A stretch of DNA of 50,886 bases from an uncultured Geobacter sp. (GTDB taxonomy: Bacteria; Desulfobacterota; Desulfuromonadia; Geobacterales; Pseudopelobacteraceae): NCBI GenBank assembly GCA_964600635.1, contig CAZRKG010000005.1:1-50886 (forward strand). Reading direction: 5' to 3'. Every line of letters starts with the position of its first letter. The first letter of the stretch is position 1. The notes beneath the pieces were generated by a model that was given only the letters and a program-made list of their open reading frames with translations, had not been told where the DNA came from and did no database searches. This document shows positions 1-9,815 of this stretch, one piece after another. The position numbers were made by a program, and so were the translations under genes.

Positions 1-19
1 CTTTGATATGGGATTGGAA
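1..19. mobile_element. Partial copy (terminal inverted repeat only) of the 123-bp MITE-like repeat, cut by the window edge
   Basis: ctttgatatgggattggaa matches the 19-bp TIR (1 mismatch). It is followed by TTA (20-22), the stop codon of the DUF4139 gene on the minus strand. Confidence 0.75.
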
Positions 20-1678
20 TTACAGCCCCATTACAGCCCTGCCTTTGGGATACTCAACCACCAGATTGTAGTTAATCTCCTGCTTTGCACCGGCAGCAAG
101 TTTAAGCTTCCAGATCAGTGTACCATCTGCCTGCTGCTCATCAGGTTGCGGGCTGGCTTTATCCAGGCTGATTCTGATCTCACTATCCCCCGCCAGAGGC
201 AGTTGATCCTTCAGGTTAATTACCACCGTTTCTTTACGCAGGTTTGTGACAGCCATGCTGACACGGTAGGTCATTTTATTATTGCCAAACAGCCCGGCCT
301 CCTGATGTTGCTTAAAGAGTTCATGTTTGACAAGAATCTGGTCATCGCCACCAAAGGGCAGCAGGAACTTCTCCTTTGATGCAACCAGCTTTAAGTGAGA
401 GCTGCCGGTGAAGGTGTTGCCATTAAAAATACGGATTATGCCAGGCATCAGGGGCCAATCAGCCTTGTTTTCCAGCTCTGCCATCAGGAAGGCACGGCTG
501 GACAGCTTGGGAACAACGGTATACTCAGGCTGTACCGGCAGCTTTTCCATTGCCATCACCGTGCTGTGCTGTCTGTTGTCAGATGGAATACTGACAGCTT
601 CAGGCACCTTGAAGGCGATGCTGGTACCCTCTGTCTGCATCTGGGCAGTCTGGAAATCTGCCTCATACTGTAAGTCAGGGCTGGCTTGTGCAGCAACCAT
701 AGGTGCTGCTGCCAGTTTGTTCAGCCGGACTGTCTCCCGTGGAGCAACCGGCATGGGTCGGCTGAAGGCGATCTGCCAGGGGGACAGCAGGGGTGGCGTG
801 CCGCCAGCGGCAGGGCGGGCGGTGGATATGGTCAGGGGTACATTCGGCCAATCCTCGCCAGTCTGCTGACGGATCTGGGCACGGTAGGTCAGCATGGCGG
901 TGCGGCCATCCTCAGCCAGACGGACATCATAGCCAGGTTCCCAGGTGGCCTGACTGACCAGGCTGGTCAGATCAAAGGTCAGGCTGCCTGCCCTGGTGGC
1001 ATTGACTGCAATTTCAACCGTCTTACTTTCTTTACGCCTGCTGTTGCCGGCTTCCTGTTTTTGTTGTTTCAGGGCATCAATTTCAGCCTGTAGAGCAGTA
1101 GCTTTCTGATCCAGTGCCAACTTCTGCTCCGCTACTCTGGTTGTATTGCTGCCCACAAAACTGATTGCATCATTCAGCTCTCCGGCAACAGGCTTGCCTG
1201 TGTTCAACTGCTGAGAAACACGGTTGCCCCAACCCAGTTTGATGGAATCAATAAAGCCCTGCTGGGCTTCCAGGCCAGCCTTTTGTGAGAAGATAGTCCC
1301 AAGGGTCTGCTCAAGCTGCCTGATCTGCTTATCAAGCTCTCTGATGCGTGGATCAGCACCTTCAGCCAGAAAACTGCGGCTGATCTCAACACTGTTGATG
1401 GTGGCTTGGGCAGTACCGCTGGCAGTTACCCGCACAGAATCATCCTGTAACAAAAGTGGCAACTCCCCTATAACCACCAGGTTACCGCCCTGTTTTAGCT
1501 GAACTGTTGCCGTGCGTGTTACCTGTGCCCGATCCTGGTAAACGGTGACTGCACTGATGCCGGCCAGGGTGGCCGTCCTGTTGGTGTCTGCCAGGGCCGT
1601 TGCTGGTGCCAGTACAGGCAACAAAGCGGACAGGACAGTTATTATCAGCATGGCGGAAATTGATCTTGGTAATAACAT
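20..1678 (-). CDS. Exported DUF4140/DUF4139 (mucoidy inhibitor MuiA-like) protein
   Basis: Signal peptide, ISAVTVYQDRAQVTR start, coiled coil, W.P.YD.R and RQQTGEDW motifs typical of DUF4139 proteins. Start moved to ATG 1678 (RBS aagggag). Confidence 0.85.
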   Translation of the reverse strand: MLLPRSISAMLIITVLSALLPVLAPATALADTNRTATLAGISAVTVYQDRAQVTRTATVQLKQGGNLVVIGELPLLLQDDSVRVTASGTAQATINSVEISRSFLAEGADPRIRELDKQIRQLEQTLGTIFSQKAGLEAQQGFIDSIKLGWGNRVSQQLNTGKPVAGELNDAISFVGSNTTRVAEQKLALDQKATALQAEIDALKQQKQEAGNSRRKESKTVEIAVNATRAGSLTFDLTSLVSQATWEPGYDVRLAEDGRTAMLTYRAQIRQQTGEDWPNVPLTISTARPAAGGTPPLLSPWQIAFSRPMPVAPRETVRLNKLAAAPMVAAQASPDLQYEADFQTAQMQTEGTSIAFKVPEAVSIPSDNRQHSTVMAMEKLPVQPEYTVVPKLSSRAFLMAELENKADWPLMPGIIRIFNGNTFTGSSHLKLVASKEKFLLPFGGDDQILVKHELFKQHQEAGLFGNNKMTYRVSMAVTNLRKETVVINLKDQLPLAGDSEIRISLDKASPQPDEQQADGTLIWKLKLAAGAKQEINYNLVVEYPKGRAVMGL

Positions 1679-1745
1679 GGTGCATAATCTCCCTTTATTG
1701 TTGTTAGTAAGCAAAAATCTGCTTTTACTGATGCAAACAATCTAA

Positions 1746-1868
1746 TTCCAATTTCAGATCAAAGATGGATTCCAGGCGGCGAGGAGATCGGCGACGAAGG
1801 CGTACAGGCAGTACGTTGAGAAGCCGATGACGAGCCAACGAAGAAGACACTTTGATATGGAATTGGTA
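1746..1868 (-). mobile_element. 123-bp MITE-like palindromic repeat, copy 1
   Basis: 19-bp imperfect TIRs, central cgtac-N5-gtacg hairpin, flanked by TAA direct repeats (1743-1745, 1869-1871). Opposite orientation to copies 2-5. Confidence 0.85.
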
Positions 1869-1911
1869 TAACATAACAATTCTTCATTTATCCAGACTGG
1901 AGATACCTTTG

Positions 1912-3000
1912 ATGGACCTGTCTTTTCTAACCAATACACTAAGTGATGCCCAGACTGTCATGAATGCCCTGTTTATCCTTGTTCTGGCTGCACTAGTGGG
2001 ACTTCTTGGATACCTGATCCTGTTTAAGGTGCTGTTTGCACTGACAGTGGGCCAGGACAGCCCATTACAGACAAATCTGCTTAAACGCTGCCGCACTCCT
2101 TCAAAGATCATGCTGCCGCTTCTGGCCATGCACATGGTACAGCCCTACCTTGGCCTTGCACCAGGTACCTTGCAGCTTATACGGCATATTGGCAGTCTGT
2201 TGCTGATTACGATAATTGCCTGGTTGCTGGTAGCCAGTATTCTGGGGATTCGGGATCTGCTGCTGGAACATTATGATGTTGCTGATGGCAATGTAAAGTC
2301 CAGGGCAATGTCAACCCAGGTGATTATGCTGGTCAGGCTGTCGGTTGTGATTGTGACCTCACTGGCCGGTGCCACCATGTTGATGACATTTGATGCTGTA
2401 CGTCAGGTGGGGGTAAGCCTGCTGGCATCTGCCGGTGTGGCCGGTATTGTGATCGGTTTTGCAGCCCAGAGAAGCCTGGCAGCTTTGCTGGCTGGCATCC
2501 AGATCGCCATTACACAGCCGATCCGTCTGGATGATGTGCTGTTTCTTGAAAACGAGTGGGGCTGGGTGGAGGAGATTACCCTGACCTATGTGGTGGTCAG
2601 AATCCGTGACCTGCGAAGATTAGTGTTGCCGGTTACATATTTTCTGGAGACACCTTTTCAGAACTGGTCCCGTTCTTCTTCAGAGCTGATGGGTATTGTG
2701 TATATTTATTGCGATTACCGTGTACCGGTTGATATTTTACGGGCCGAGCTGGAGCGGATTGTGGCGGCCACCCCACTATGGGATGGCAACTTCTGTCGAC
2801 TGATGGTGACCGATGCCAGTGAAAGAACCGTGCAGTTACGGGCAATGGTCAGTGCAGCCGATGCCATGTCTGTCTTTGAACTCAGCAGCCATGTGCGTGA
2901 AAAGCTGATTGATTTCCTTCAACGTAAGCATCCTGAAAGTCTGCCCAGGTTAAGGACAGAGCTGGAAGGGGTTGTTCCAGTTCCAACACCTGTAATGTAA
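1912..3000 (+). CDS. MscS-family mechanosensitive channel
   Basis: Several TM helices, SLLASAGVAGIVIGFAAQ, QPIRLDD, G.VEEITLTYVVVR, FQNWS motifs. The ORF-track start at 1852 lies inside the repeat; ATG 1912 (ggag upstream) is preferred. Confidence 0.9.
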   Translation: MDLSFLTNTLSDAQTVMNALFILVLAALVGLLGYLILFKVLFALTVGQDSPLQTNLLKRCRTPSKIMLPLLAMHMVQPYLGLAPGTLQLIRHIGSLLLITIIAWLLVASILGIRDLLLEHYDVADGNVKSRAMSTQVIMLVRLSVVIVTSLAGATMLMTFDAVRQVGVSLLASAGVAGIVIGFAAQRSLAALLAGIQIAITQPIRLDDVLFLENEWGWVEEITLTYVVVRIRDLRRLVLPVTYFLETPFQNWSRSSSELMGIVYIYCDYRVPVDILRAELERIVAATPLWDGNFCRLMVTDASERTVQLRAMVSAADAMSVFELSSHVREKLIDFLQRKHPESLPRLRTELEGVVPVPTPVM

Positions 3001-3186
3001 TAAAACACGTAATAATCTTGAAAAAAATGCCGTACCCATTGCATTTAAGGCCAATTTATGTTTAATTTAGTACATATTTAATACAGCGTTTAGCAGCTTT
3101 ATCATTCCATACTCTGTTGTTAAAAATATCATTCTGTTAATGCTGGAGGCACTTTCCAGCAAAAGCTTAAAATGGAGGAGCAACCT

Positions 3187-3654
3187 ATGCAAAACCAAAC
3201 CAGCCGTCTGCCACGCACAGCTACCATCATGCTGGCACTTGTCTTTGTATGCCTTGCAACCAGCATTGCTATTGCTGCCGACTTTATCAGTATTGGCCGT
3301 GATACTGTGAACATCAGGGAAAAGCCGACTACAGACTCTGCCAGACTATGGGAATTAAGCCGTGGCTATCCTCTACAGGTGGAACAACGTGAAGGTGAGT
3401 GGCTGAAGGTCAGGGATTATGAAGAAACCCTTGGCTGGGTACTGGGATCGCTGACCAGCAAAACAGCCCACAGGGTTATAAATAGTACTAATGTAAACCT
3501 GCGTAGTGGTCCTGCCACCAACACCAGGCGAATGGGTAAGCTGGATAAGGATGAGATTGTTCAGACCCTGGAAAATCAGGGGGAGTGGACAAAGATTAAG
3601 CGGTCTAACGGAACCGTGGGCTGGGTGGCCAAGCGGTTCACCTGGGGCTGGTAA
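3187..3654 (+). CDS. Exported tandem bacterial SH3 (SH3b) domain protein
   Basis: Signal peptide; two repeats VNIREKP...WLKV...GWV and VNLRSGP...WTKI...GWVA. RBS ggagg before ATG 3187. Confidence 0.85.
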   Translation: MQNQTSRLPRTATIMLALVFVCLATSIAIAADFISIGRDTVNIREKPTTDSARLWELSRGYPLQVEQREGEWLKVRDYEETLGWVLGSLTSKTAHRVINSTNVNLRSGPATNTRRMGKLDKDEIVQTLENQGEWTKIKRSNGTVGWVAKRFTWGW

Positions 3655-3777
3655 TTCCAATTCCATATCAAAGCGTCTTCTTCGTTGGCTCGTCATCGGC
3701 TTCTCAACGTACTACCTGTACGCCTTCGTCGCCGATCTCCTCGCCGCCTTGCACCGATCTTTGATATGGAATTGGAA
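3655..3777 (+). mobile_element. 123-bp MITE-like palindromic repeat, copy 2
   Basis: Perfect 19-bp TIRs ttccaattccatatcaaag / ctttgatatggaattggaa. Begins immediately after the TAA stop of the SH3 gene. Confidence 0.9.
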
Positions 3778-3805
3778 CAAAAACTTCTAGCCTTGCTGCC
3801 TTAAA

Positions 3806-3849
3806 ACAAAAACAGCGGCTACCGATAGACGGTTAGCCGCTGTTTTTGT
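3806..3849. terminator. Bidirectional intrinsic terminator downstream of rpoD
   Basis: acaaaaacagcggcta ... tagccgctgtttttgt inverted repeat with A/T tracts on both sides, between convergent genes. Confidence 0.85.
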
Positions 3850-3879
3850 AGTTGTGTATATTTGTAACTGTTCTGGTGT

Positions 3880-5658
3880 TTATTCCGTAAAGCTTTTCAG
3901 CTTTTTGCTGCGGCTGGGGTGGCGTAACTTTCTGAGTGCCTTGGCCTCAATCTGGCGGATCCTTTCACGGGTAACATCAAAATCCTGCCCAACTTCTTCC
4001 AGGGTATGGTCGCTTTTCTCACCAATACCAAATCGCATCCGTAAAACTTTCTCTTCCCTTGGCGTAAGTGTCGACAGCACCCTGGCAGTCTGTTCGGACA
4101 GGTTGTTCATGATCACAGCTTCCAGCGGATTGACCACGCCCTTATCTTCAATAAAATCCCCCAGGTGTGAATCTTCCTCTTCACCGATCGGAGTTTCCAG
4201 GGAGATCGGCTCCTTGGCGATTTTAAGAACCTTGCGGACTTTATCCAGCGGTAACTGCATCCGTTCTGCAATCTCTTCAGGAAGCGGCTCACGTCCATTT
4301 TCCTGCACCAGTTGTCGTGTGGTTCGGATCAGCTTGTTGATGGTTTCAATCATATGCACCGGAATCCTGATGGTGCGGGCCTGATCTGCAATGGCACGGG
4401 TAATTGCCTGGCGGATCCACCAGGTGGCATAGGTGGAAAACTTGTATCCACGCTGGTACTCAAACTTATCCACCGCCTTCATCAGGCCGATGTTCCCTTC
4501 CTGAATCAGATCCAGAAACTGCAAGCCACGGTTAGTGTATTTTTTTGCAATGGATACCACCAGCCGCAGGTTAGCCTCAATCAGCTCTGCCTTGGCCTGC
4601 TTGGCTTTACGTTCACCGGCCCTGATGGCCATTATGGCTCTGGCCAGTTCTCCGGCTTTAAAGCCAGACTCCTGTTCCACCATCAGCAGCTTTCTGGATG
4701 CCCGTGTCAGACGGTCCTCCACTTTTACCAGTTGATCATCATCCAGTTTCAGGGGTTTCAGGGCAGCAGATCCCTTCACCTCATCCAGCTTGTACTTTTC
4801 CAGCAGTTCGGTCAGCTTATCTGGAGGCACCAGACTTTGCAGTTCAACCAGCTTGTTCTTGATCCGGTTAACCTTGCCGGAAAGGGATTTAAGGCGGTCA
4901 GCAATTCTAGTGATATGTACATCTTTCAGGTGCAGATCCCGCAACTGTCTGGTCAGAAGCTCTCTGATTTCCTGTAACTGTTCATTTATTTCCTTTTTCT
5001 TTGCTGCTGATCTGGCCTTTTCCAGTGCTGTAAGCAGCTCATTAGCCTTTTTCTCATTAACTGCAATGGCATCCAGGCTTTCCAGCAGACGGATCTTTGG
5101 CAGGTCTGCATCCACCTCTTCAGGTTCCAGATCCATGTCTGCATCAGGATCTGGATCTTCGTCTATATCCTTTGTAATTTCAGCCGGATTGATTTCGCCA
5201 TTGCGTAGCTTTTCTCCCAGTACCAGCACTTCTTTAACCGTGATAGGGGTGTTAAGTATGATACAGGCGACCTCGTTTTCTCCATCTTCAATCCGTTTGG
5301 CAATTTCCACTTCTCCTTCACGGGTAAGGAGGGAAACAGAACCCATTTCACGCAGGTACATCCTGACCGGATCACTGGTGCGTCCAATGCTGCCCGGCTC
5401 AAATTCAACCTCTTCAGCCTCGCCTTCAGGTTCTTCCTCCCCTTCATCCAGGTCCGATTTAATCTTGGGCAGTTTGACCTTCTGGGCTGATTCTACAATT
5501 TCAATATCCATATCTCCAAACAGGCCAATAACATCATCCAGTTGATCTGTTGCCATGTCTGGTGGCAGCATATCATTGACTTCATCCAGGGTCAGGTATC
5601 CTTTGTCCTTGCCCATATCAATTAACTGTTTAACTTCGCTTGAACTTTTTTTGCTCAT
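3880..5658 (-). CDS. rpoD: RNA polymerase primary sigma factor sigma70
   Basis: [80 protein letters not shown]. Confidence 0.99.
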   Translation of the reverse strand: MSKKSSSEVKQLIDMGKDKGYLTLDEVNDMLPPDMATDQLDDVIGLFGDMDIEIVESAQKVKLPKIKSDLDEGEEEPEGEAEEVEFEPGSIGRTSDPVRMYLREMGSVSLLTREGEVEIAKRIEDGENEVACIILNTPITVKEVLVLGEKLRNGEINPAEITKDIDEDPDPDADMDLEPEEVDADLPKIRLLESLDAIAVNEKKANELLTALEKARSAAKKKEINEQLQEIRELLTRQLRDLHLKDVHITRIADRLKSLSGKVNRIKNKLVELQSLVPPDKLTELLEKYKLDEVKGSAALKPLKLDDDQLVKVEDRLTRASRKLLMVEQESGFKAGELARAIMAIRAGERKAKQAKAELIEANLRLVVSIAKKYTNRGLQFLDLIQEGNIGLMKAVDKFEYQRGYKFSTYATWWIRQAITRAIADQARTIRIPVHMIETINKLIRTTRQLVQENGREPLPEEIAERMQLPLDKVRKVLKIAKEPISLETPIGEEEDSHLGDFIEDKGVVNPLEAVIMNNLSEQTARVLSTLTPREEKVLRMRFGIGEKSDHTLEEVGQDFDVTRERIRQIEAKALRKLRHPSRSKKLKSFTE

Positions 5659-5702
5659 ATTTATATTGCCCTTTATCTGAATTTATAAAACATGGTCAAT
5701 TG

Positions 5703-7478
5703 TTATAGCGTAGATTTCTGATCTCGCAACCTGTCTGCTGTTTTTAACAGTTCCAGATATTCTGTGCTATCTGGAGACAGGGTGGCCAGTCTGCTGGCAA
5801 TCTGCCCTAACTGACTGGTTTTATGCCGTTTCTGTTGTTGCAGACATTGTCTTAATGCAGTTCGCCAATCAATGTCATTTATGCGGTGTTCCTGAACAGA
5901 CAGACGTGAAACAAGCATCTTGTCTGCATCATGTTCCAGTTGGGACATGATCAGTGGCCAGATCTGATCTTCCTCCTCCAGTTCCTGGTTGGCGGCGTTC
6001 AGAATTGTGGCTGCAAGCGGCAGATAATGCTGATCAAACAGTTGTTCCAGATCCAGGGTTTCTATCTCAAGGCGTGCCTCAGGATAGTTAATCAGCAACA
6101 GCAGCATGGTTTCCTGGGTCTGGGCAATAATATCCCCTCGGACAGGTCTGGTTCCCGTATTCTTCTGTTGATCTACAGGTTGCAAGGCATCCTGTTTCTG
6201 ACCTGCAAGTCGCTTGCGGAAGGACTGGGGATCAAGATTAAGCAGACGGCAGATCTCCTTCTGGTACAGATCCCGTTCAACCGGATCTTTAATCTTCTGG
6301 TAGCGAGGAACGATCTCATCCATCAGGCGAACTTTGCTATCAACACTGTCTGGCGGATTTTTGGCAAGCAGCCAGTGCAGAAACTGTTCAAAGGCTGGCT
6401 TGGCAGCTTCCACCCGCTGCTGAAAATCCTCTGCTGAGTTGTTCTGCAAAAAGCTGTCTGGGTCCTCTCCCTGGGGCAGACTGATTACATAGGCCGGTAT
6501 TGCTTGTTCCAGACAGAGTTCCATCGCCTTGACAGTGGCTTTGCGGCCAGCATTGTCGCTGTCAAACAGCAGGCAGATCCGTTGGGCATGTTTTTTTAAC
6601 AGGTTGATATGGCCATCGGTCAGGGCTGTTCCACAGGTGGCAACAGCATTGCAGATGCCGGCTCTGTAAAGTGCCAGATGATCAAAATAGCCTTCAACTA
6701 TAATGGCGGTGCCGCTTTGCCGGATTTCACGCAGGGAAAGGTCTATACCGAACAGTACGCTACTTTTGCGGTAAAGGGGCGATTCCGGGCTGTTGATATA
6801 TTTAGGCAGACTGTCATCCAACACACGTCCTGCAAAGCCGATTGGATGCCCCTGTCTGTCCCTGATCGGAAAGATCAGGCGGTTATGCAGCAGATCGTAC
6901 CAGCCCCGATCTCCCTTGCGGATTATCCCCAGTTTCTCTGCCTGTTCAAGAGGCAGGCTGCGGTTTTTAAGGTAATCTGTCAGCCTGTTTCTGTTTGGTG
7001 AAGCAAAGCCCAGACCGTATGTTGCAGCAAGATCATCCTGTACACTGCGTTTTTGCAGGTAGTTTCTGGCAACTGATGCCTCTGGATGTTGCAGCAGGTT
7101 TGTACGGTAATGCTGGGCAGTTGCCAGCAGTATGGCCCGTTGTTGCTCCCGTTCAGTCTTCTGACGCTGTTCAGCCTCTGTAAGGGGGCGGTCATCAATG
7201 GTAATTCCGGCACGTGCTGCCAGTTTGCGTAACGCCTCAGGAAAACTGATCCCCTCTATCCTCATGATAAAGTTGTATATGTCACCGCCAGCCCCACAAC
7301 CAAAGCAGTGGAAGATCTCACGGGCAGGGTTAACGTTAAATGAAGGGGTTTTTTCACCATGAAAGGGACACAGGCCAACAAAGTTGGAGCCGCTACGCTT
7401 TAATGCAACGTATTCTCCAATAATGTCTGCAATGGCAAGCCGTTCTGCTACTTCTCTGACTGTTTCATTGCGGCTCAT
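5703..7478 (-). CDS. dnaG: DNA primase
   Basis: Zn finger CPFH...CFGC, KYINSPES, TOPRIM VEGYFD and FDSDNAG; lies between rpsU and rpoD. Confidence 0.98.
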   Translation of the reverse strand: MSRNETVREVAERLAIADIIGEYVALKRSGSNFVGLCPFHGEKTPSFNVNPAREIFHCFGCGAGGDIYNFIMRIEGISFPEALRKLAARAGITIDDRPLTEAEQRQKTEREQQRAILLATAQHYRTNLLQHPEASVARNYLQKRSVQDDLAATYGLGFASPNRNRLTDYLKNRSLPLEQAEKLGIIRKGDRGWYDLLHNRLIFPIRDRQGHPIGFAGRVLDDSLPKYINSPESPLYRKSSVLFGIDLSLREIRQSGTAIIVEGYFDHLALYRAGICNAVATCGTALTDGHINLLKKHAQRICLLFDSDNAGRKATVKAMELCLEQAIPAYVISLPQGEDPDSFLQNNSAEDFQQRVEAAKPAFEQFLHWLLAKNPPDSVDSKVRLMDEIVPRYQKIKDPVERDLYQKEICRLLNLDPQSFRKRLAGQKQDALQPVDQQKNTGTRPVRGDIIAQTQETMLLLLINYPEARLEIETLDLEQLFDQHYLPLAATILNAANQELEEEDQIWPLIMSQLEHDADKMLVSRLSVQEHRINDIDWRTALRQCLQQQKRHKTSQLGQIASRLATLSPDSTEYLELLKTADRLRDQKSTL

Positions 7479-7536
7479 GGTGACAGAGTTCTCCGAAATT
7501 AAATCTGTATTTGACAGGGGATGGGCAGAGACAACA

Positions 7537-7564
7537 AATGGGGCTTCCTGACGAAAGCCCCATT
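7537..7564 (-). terminator. Hairpin/attenuator between rpsU and dnaG
   Basis: aatggggctt-8nt-aagccccatt stem-loop, in the same position as the rpsU-dnaG terminator known from enterobacteria. Confidence 0.65.
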
Positions 7565-7611
7565 GTGATTACTAAGTACTATTTAGCCTTTTGAACTGCC
7601 TAGCGTAGTAG

Positions 7612-7809
7612 TTAGTCCATCATCTTGCGTTGCTTTTTGAGTGCCCGTTTACGGGCAGCAATGGCCTTCTTCTTACGCTTGATGCTTGGTTTTTCATAAT
7701 GCTCACGCTTGCGAACTTCTGAGAGAATTCCGGCTTTTTCACACTGCTTTTTGAATTTCTTCAGAGCGAGATCAAATGGCTCGTTTTCACGAATACGTAC
7801 TCCTGGCAT
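7612..7809 (-). CDS. rpsU: 30S ribosomal protein S21
   Basis: [28 protein letters not shown]. Confidence 0.98.
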   Translation of the reverse strand: MPGVRIRENEPFDLALKKFKKQCEKAGILSEVRKREHYEKPSIKRKKKAIAARKRALKKQRKMMD

Positions 7810-7873
7810 CCATCATCACCCCTCTCTTTTGTAAATTTTACTACTAAGCCAAGATATATTTGGAAAGTTGAAT

Positions 7874-7901
7874 ACTATACCAGAAAAACTTTTGTTGTCA
7901 A
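7874..7901 (-). promoter_or_regulatory. sigma70 promoter of rpsU-dnaG-rpoD
   Basis: TTGACA, 16-nt spacer ending in TGG, then TATAGT (extended -10) on the minus strand. Confidence 0.7.
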
Positions 7902-7914
7902 ACAGGATGTCATA

Positions 7915-8238
7915 TTAACGGGAAGCTTTTTCAGCCAGTCCTGAAATGCCGAAGCGGCGGGCCAGTTCCTGCCAGACAGTATCAGGATTCTGGCCGTGGG
8001 CTGCCAGCAGTACAAGCCAGTGGTACAACAGATCCGCTGATTCATAAATCAGTTCCTGGCTGTTACCGCCCTTACCTGCAATGACCACCTCGGTTGCTTC
8101 TTCCCCGACTTTCTTCAGGATTTTGTCGATTCCTGCATTTAACAGGCTGGCGGTGTAGGAGCTGTCGCTATCTGCTGATTTTCTGGACAGAATGACCTGG
8201 TAAAGCTGGTCAAGTATATGTTGTTCCTTGCTCTCCAT
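7915..8238 (-). CDS. hisE: Phosphoribosyl-ATP pyrophosphatase
   Basis: SYTASL...ILKKVGEEATEVVIA...ESADLLYH motifs. Confidence 0.95.
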   Translation of the reverse strand: MESKEQHILDQLYQVILSRKSADSDSSYTASLLNAGIDKILKKVGEEATEVVIAGKGGNSQELIYESADLLYHWLVLLAAHGQNPDTVWQELARRFGISGLAEKASR

Positions 8239-8240
8239 CT

Positions 8241-9005
8241 TTAGTCCAGTCTGACGGCAATGCCACGGCTACGCAGATACTGTTTGGCTTCCTGAATTGT
8301 ATGTTGCCGGAAGTGAAAGATCGATGCAGCCAGGCAGGCATCGGCACCGGCCACTGCAAAGCCATCATACAGATGTTCCAGACTGCCAACTCCACCGGAG
8401 GCAATCACCGGTATGGAAACAGCATCCGCAATGGCTTTGGTAAGACCGAGGTCATAGCCATCTTTTGTACCATCACGGTCCATGCTGGTTGGTAACAGCT
8501 CACCGGCACCAAGGGCTTCCATCTGCACAGCCCATTCTACAGCATCAATACCGGCTGGCTTTTTGCCACCGTGGGTGTAGATCTCCCAACGTTCCTCACC
8601 AGGCTTTTTTCTGGCATCTATGGCGACTATGATCTGTTTCGACCCAAAGGCTTCTACAGCCTCACGTACAAAGTCAGGTCGGCTGACGGCAGCACTGTTA
8701 ATGGAGACCTTGCTGACACCGGCTTCCAGCAGTCTGCGAATATCCTCAACTGTTCGGATACCACCCCCCACTGTCAGAGGCACATTTATCTGCTCCACTG
8801 TGCGGCGTACCAGATCTACCATGGTATCACGGCCATCATTGGTGGCATTTATGTCCAGAAATGCCAACTCATCGGCCCCCTGCTTGTTATAGGCCGCTGC
8901 TATCTCCACCGGATCACCTGCATCGCGTAGCTCAATAAACTGCACGCCTTTGACTACACGTCCTTCGGCAACATCAAGACAGGGAATGATTCGCTTGTTT
9001 TGCAT
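8241..9005 (-). CDS. hisF: Imidazole glycerol phosphate synthase cyclase subunit
   Basis: [47 protein letters not shown]. Confidence 0.97.
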   Translation of the reverse strand: MQNKRIIPCLDVAEGRVVKGVQFIELRDAGDPVEIAAAYNKQGADELAFLDINATNDGRDTMVDLVRRTVEQINVPLTVGGGIRTVEDIRRLLEAGVSKVSINSAAVSRPDFVREAVEAFGSKQIIVAIDARKKPGEERWEIYTHGGKKPAGIDAVEWAVQMEALGAGELLPTSMDRDGTKDGYDLGLTKAIADAVSIPVIASGGVGSLEHLYDGFAVAGADACLAASIFHFRQHTIQEAKQYLRSRGIAVRLD

Positions 9006-9061
9006 TGTTTTCGGCTCCTTTTGTTGGTGGGTTGATGGACAGGTAAGGGTTGTATTTGAGA

Positions 9062-9793
9062 TCAGGTGTTTGTACTGGTCAGCCTGATTGCCTCACTAAG
9101 GTCTATTGCTCCTGTGTAGATTGCTTTGCCGGTGATTGCTCCAGTTACGCCGCTGGATTCAATTGCCATCAGGTTTTTAATATCGGCCAGAGATGATACC
9201 CCGCCAGATGCAATAACCGGAATATTGATCGCTTCAGCCAGTGCCCTGGTTGCCTCTATATTGGGGCCGGACATCATGCCATCGCGGCTTATATCAGTGT
9301 AGATAATTGCAGATACACCGCAGTCCTCAAACCTGCGGGCCAGATCTGTGGCTGTAATATCGGTCAGCTCTGCCCAGCCCTGTACCGCTACTTTGCCGTT
9401 TCTGGCATCAATTCCCACCACGATTCTGCCAGGAAACCGTTTGCAGGCTTCAACCACCAGTTGGGGGTTACGTTGGGCCGCTGTACCGATGATAACCCGT
9501 GAAATCCCCAGTGACAGGTAGGCTTCAATGGTGGCTATATCCCTGATGCCACCACCCAGTTGAGCTGGTATATTGAGAGACTTTATGATCGCCTCAATTG
9601 CAGCTTTGTTTTTTGGCTCACCTGCAAATGCCCCATCCAGATCCACAAGATGCAGTAGTTCTGCACCAGCCTGTTGCCATTTAAGTGCCTGTTCAGCCGG
9701 ACTATCAGAAAATACAGTGTCACGGTGCATTTCACCTTGTTCCAGACGAACACATTTGCCTTCTTTTAAGTCTATGGCGGGAATAATAATCAT
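9062..9793 (-). CDS. hisA: ProFAR isomerase
   Basis: [39 protein letters not shown]. Confidence 0.97.
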   Translation of the reverse strand: MIIIPAIDLKEGKCVRLEQGEMHRDTVFSDSPAEQALKWQQAGAELLHLVDLDGAFAGEPKNKAAIEAIIKSLNIPAQLGGGIRDIATIEAYLSLGISRVIIGTAAQRNPQLVVEACKRFPGRIVVGIDARNGKVAVQGWAELTDITATDLARRFEDCGVSAIIYTDISRDGMMSGPNIEATRALAEAINIPVIASGGVSSLADIKNLMAIESSGVTGAITGKAIYTGAIDLSEAIRLTSTNT

Positions 9794-9815
9794 TTAACGT
9801 CCTTTTGCACTAAAC

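Noticed and set aside
1852-1911. N-terminal extensions MIWNWYN... (mscS-like) and MIWKWNN... (argA-like, 23561-23593)
   Set aside because: These starts lie in the repeat's TIR; downstream ATGs have better RBSs and family-typical N-termini.
1754-1939. Small ORFs overlapping repeat copies (also 3506-3790, 21388-21627, 21415-21708, 23550-23939, 23615-23836)
   Set aside because: They arise from the open frames of the repeat and overlap real genes; there is no independent RBS or evidence for expression.
4312-5545. Long antisense ORFs opposite rpoD (similarly 13607-14380, 16340-16987, 46299-47033, 44530-45159, 45212-45739)
   Set aside because: Shadow or alternative frames of well-supported genes, with no recognisable motifs.
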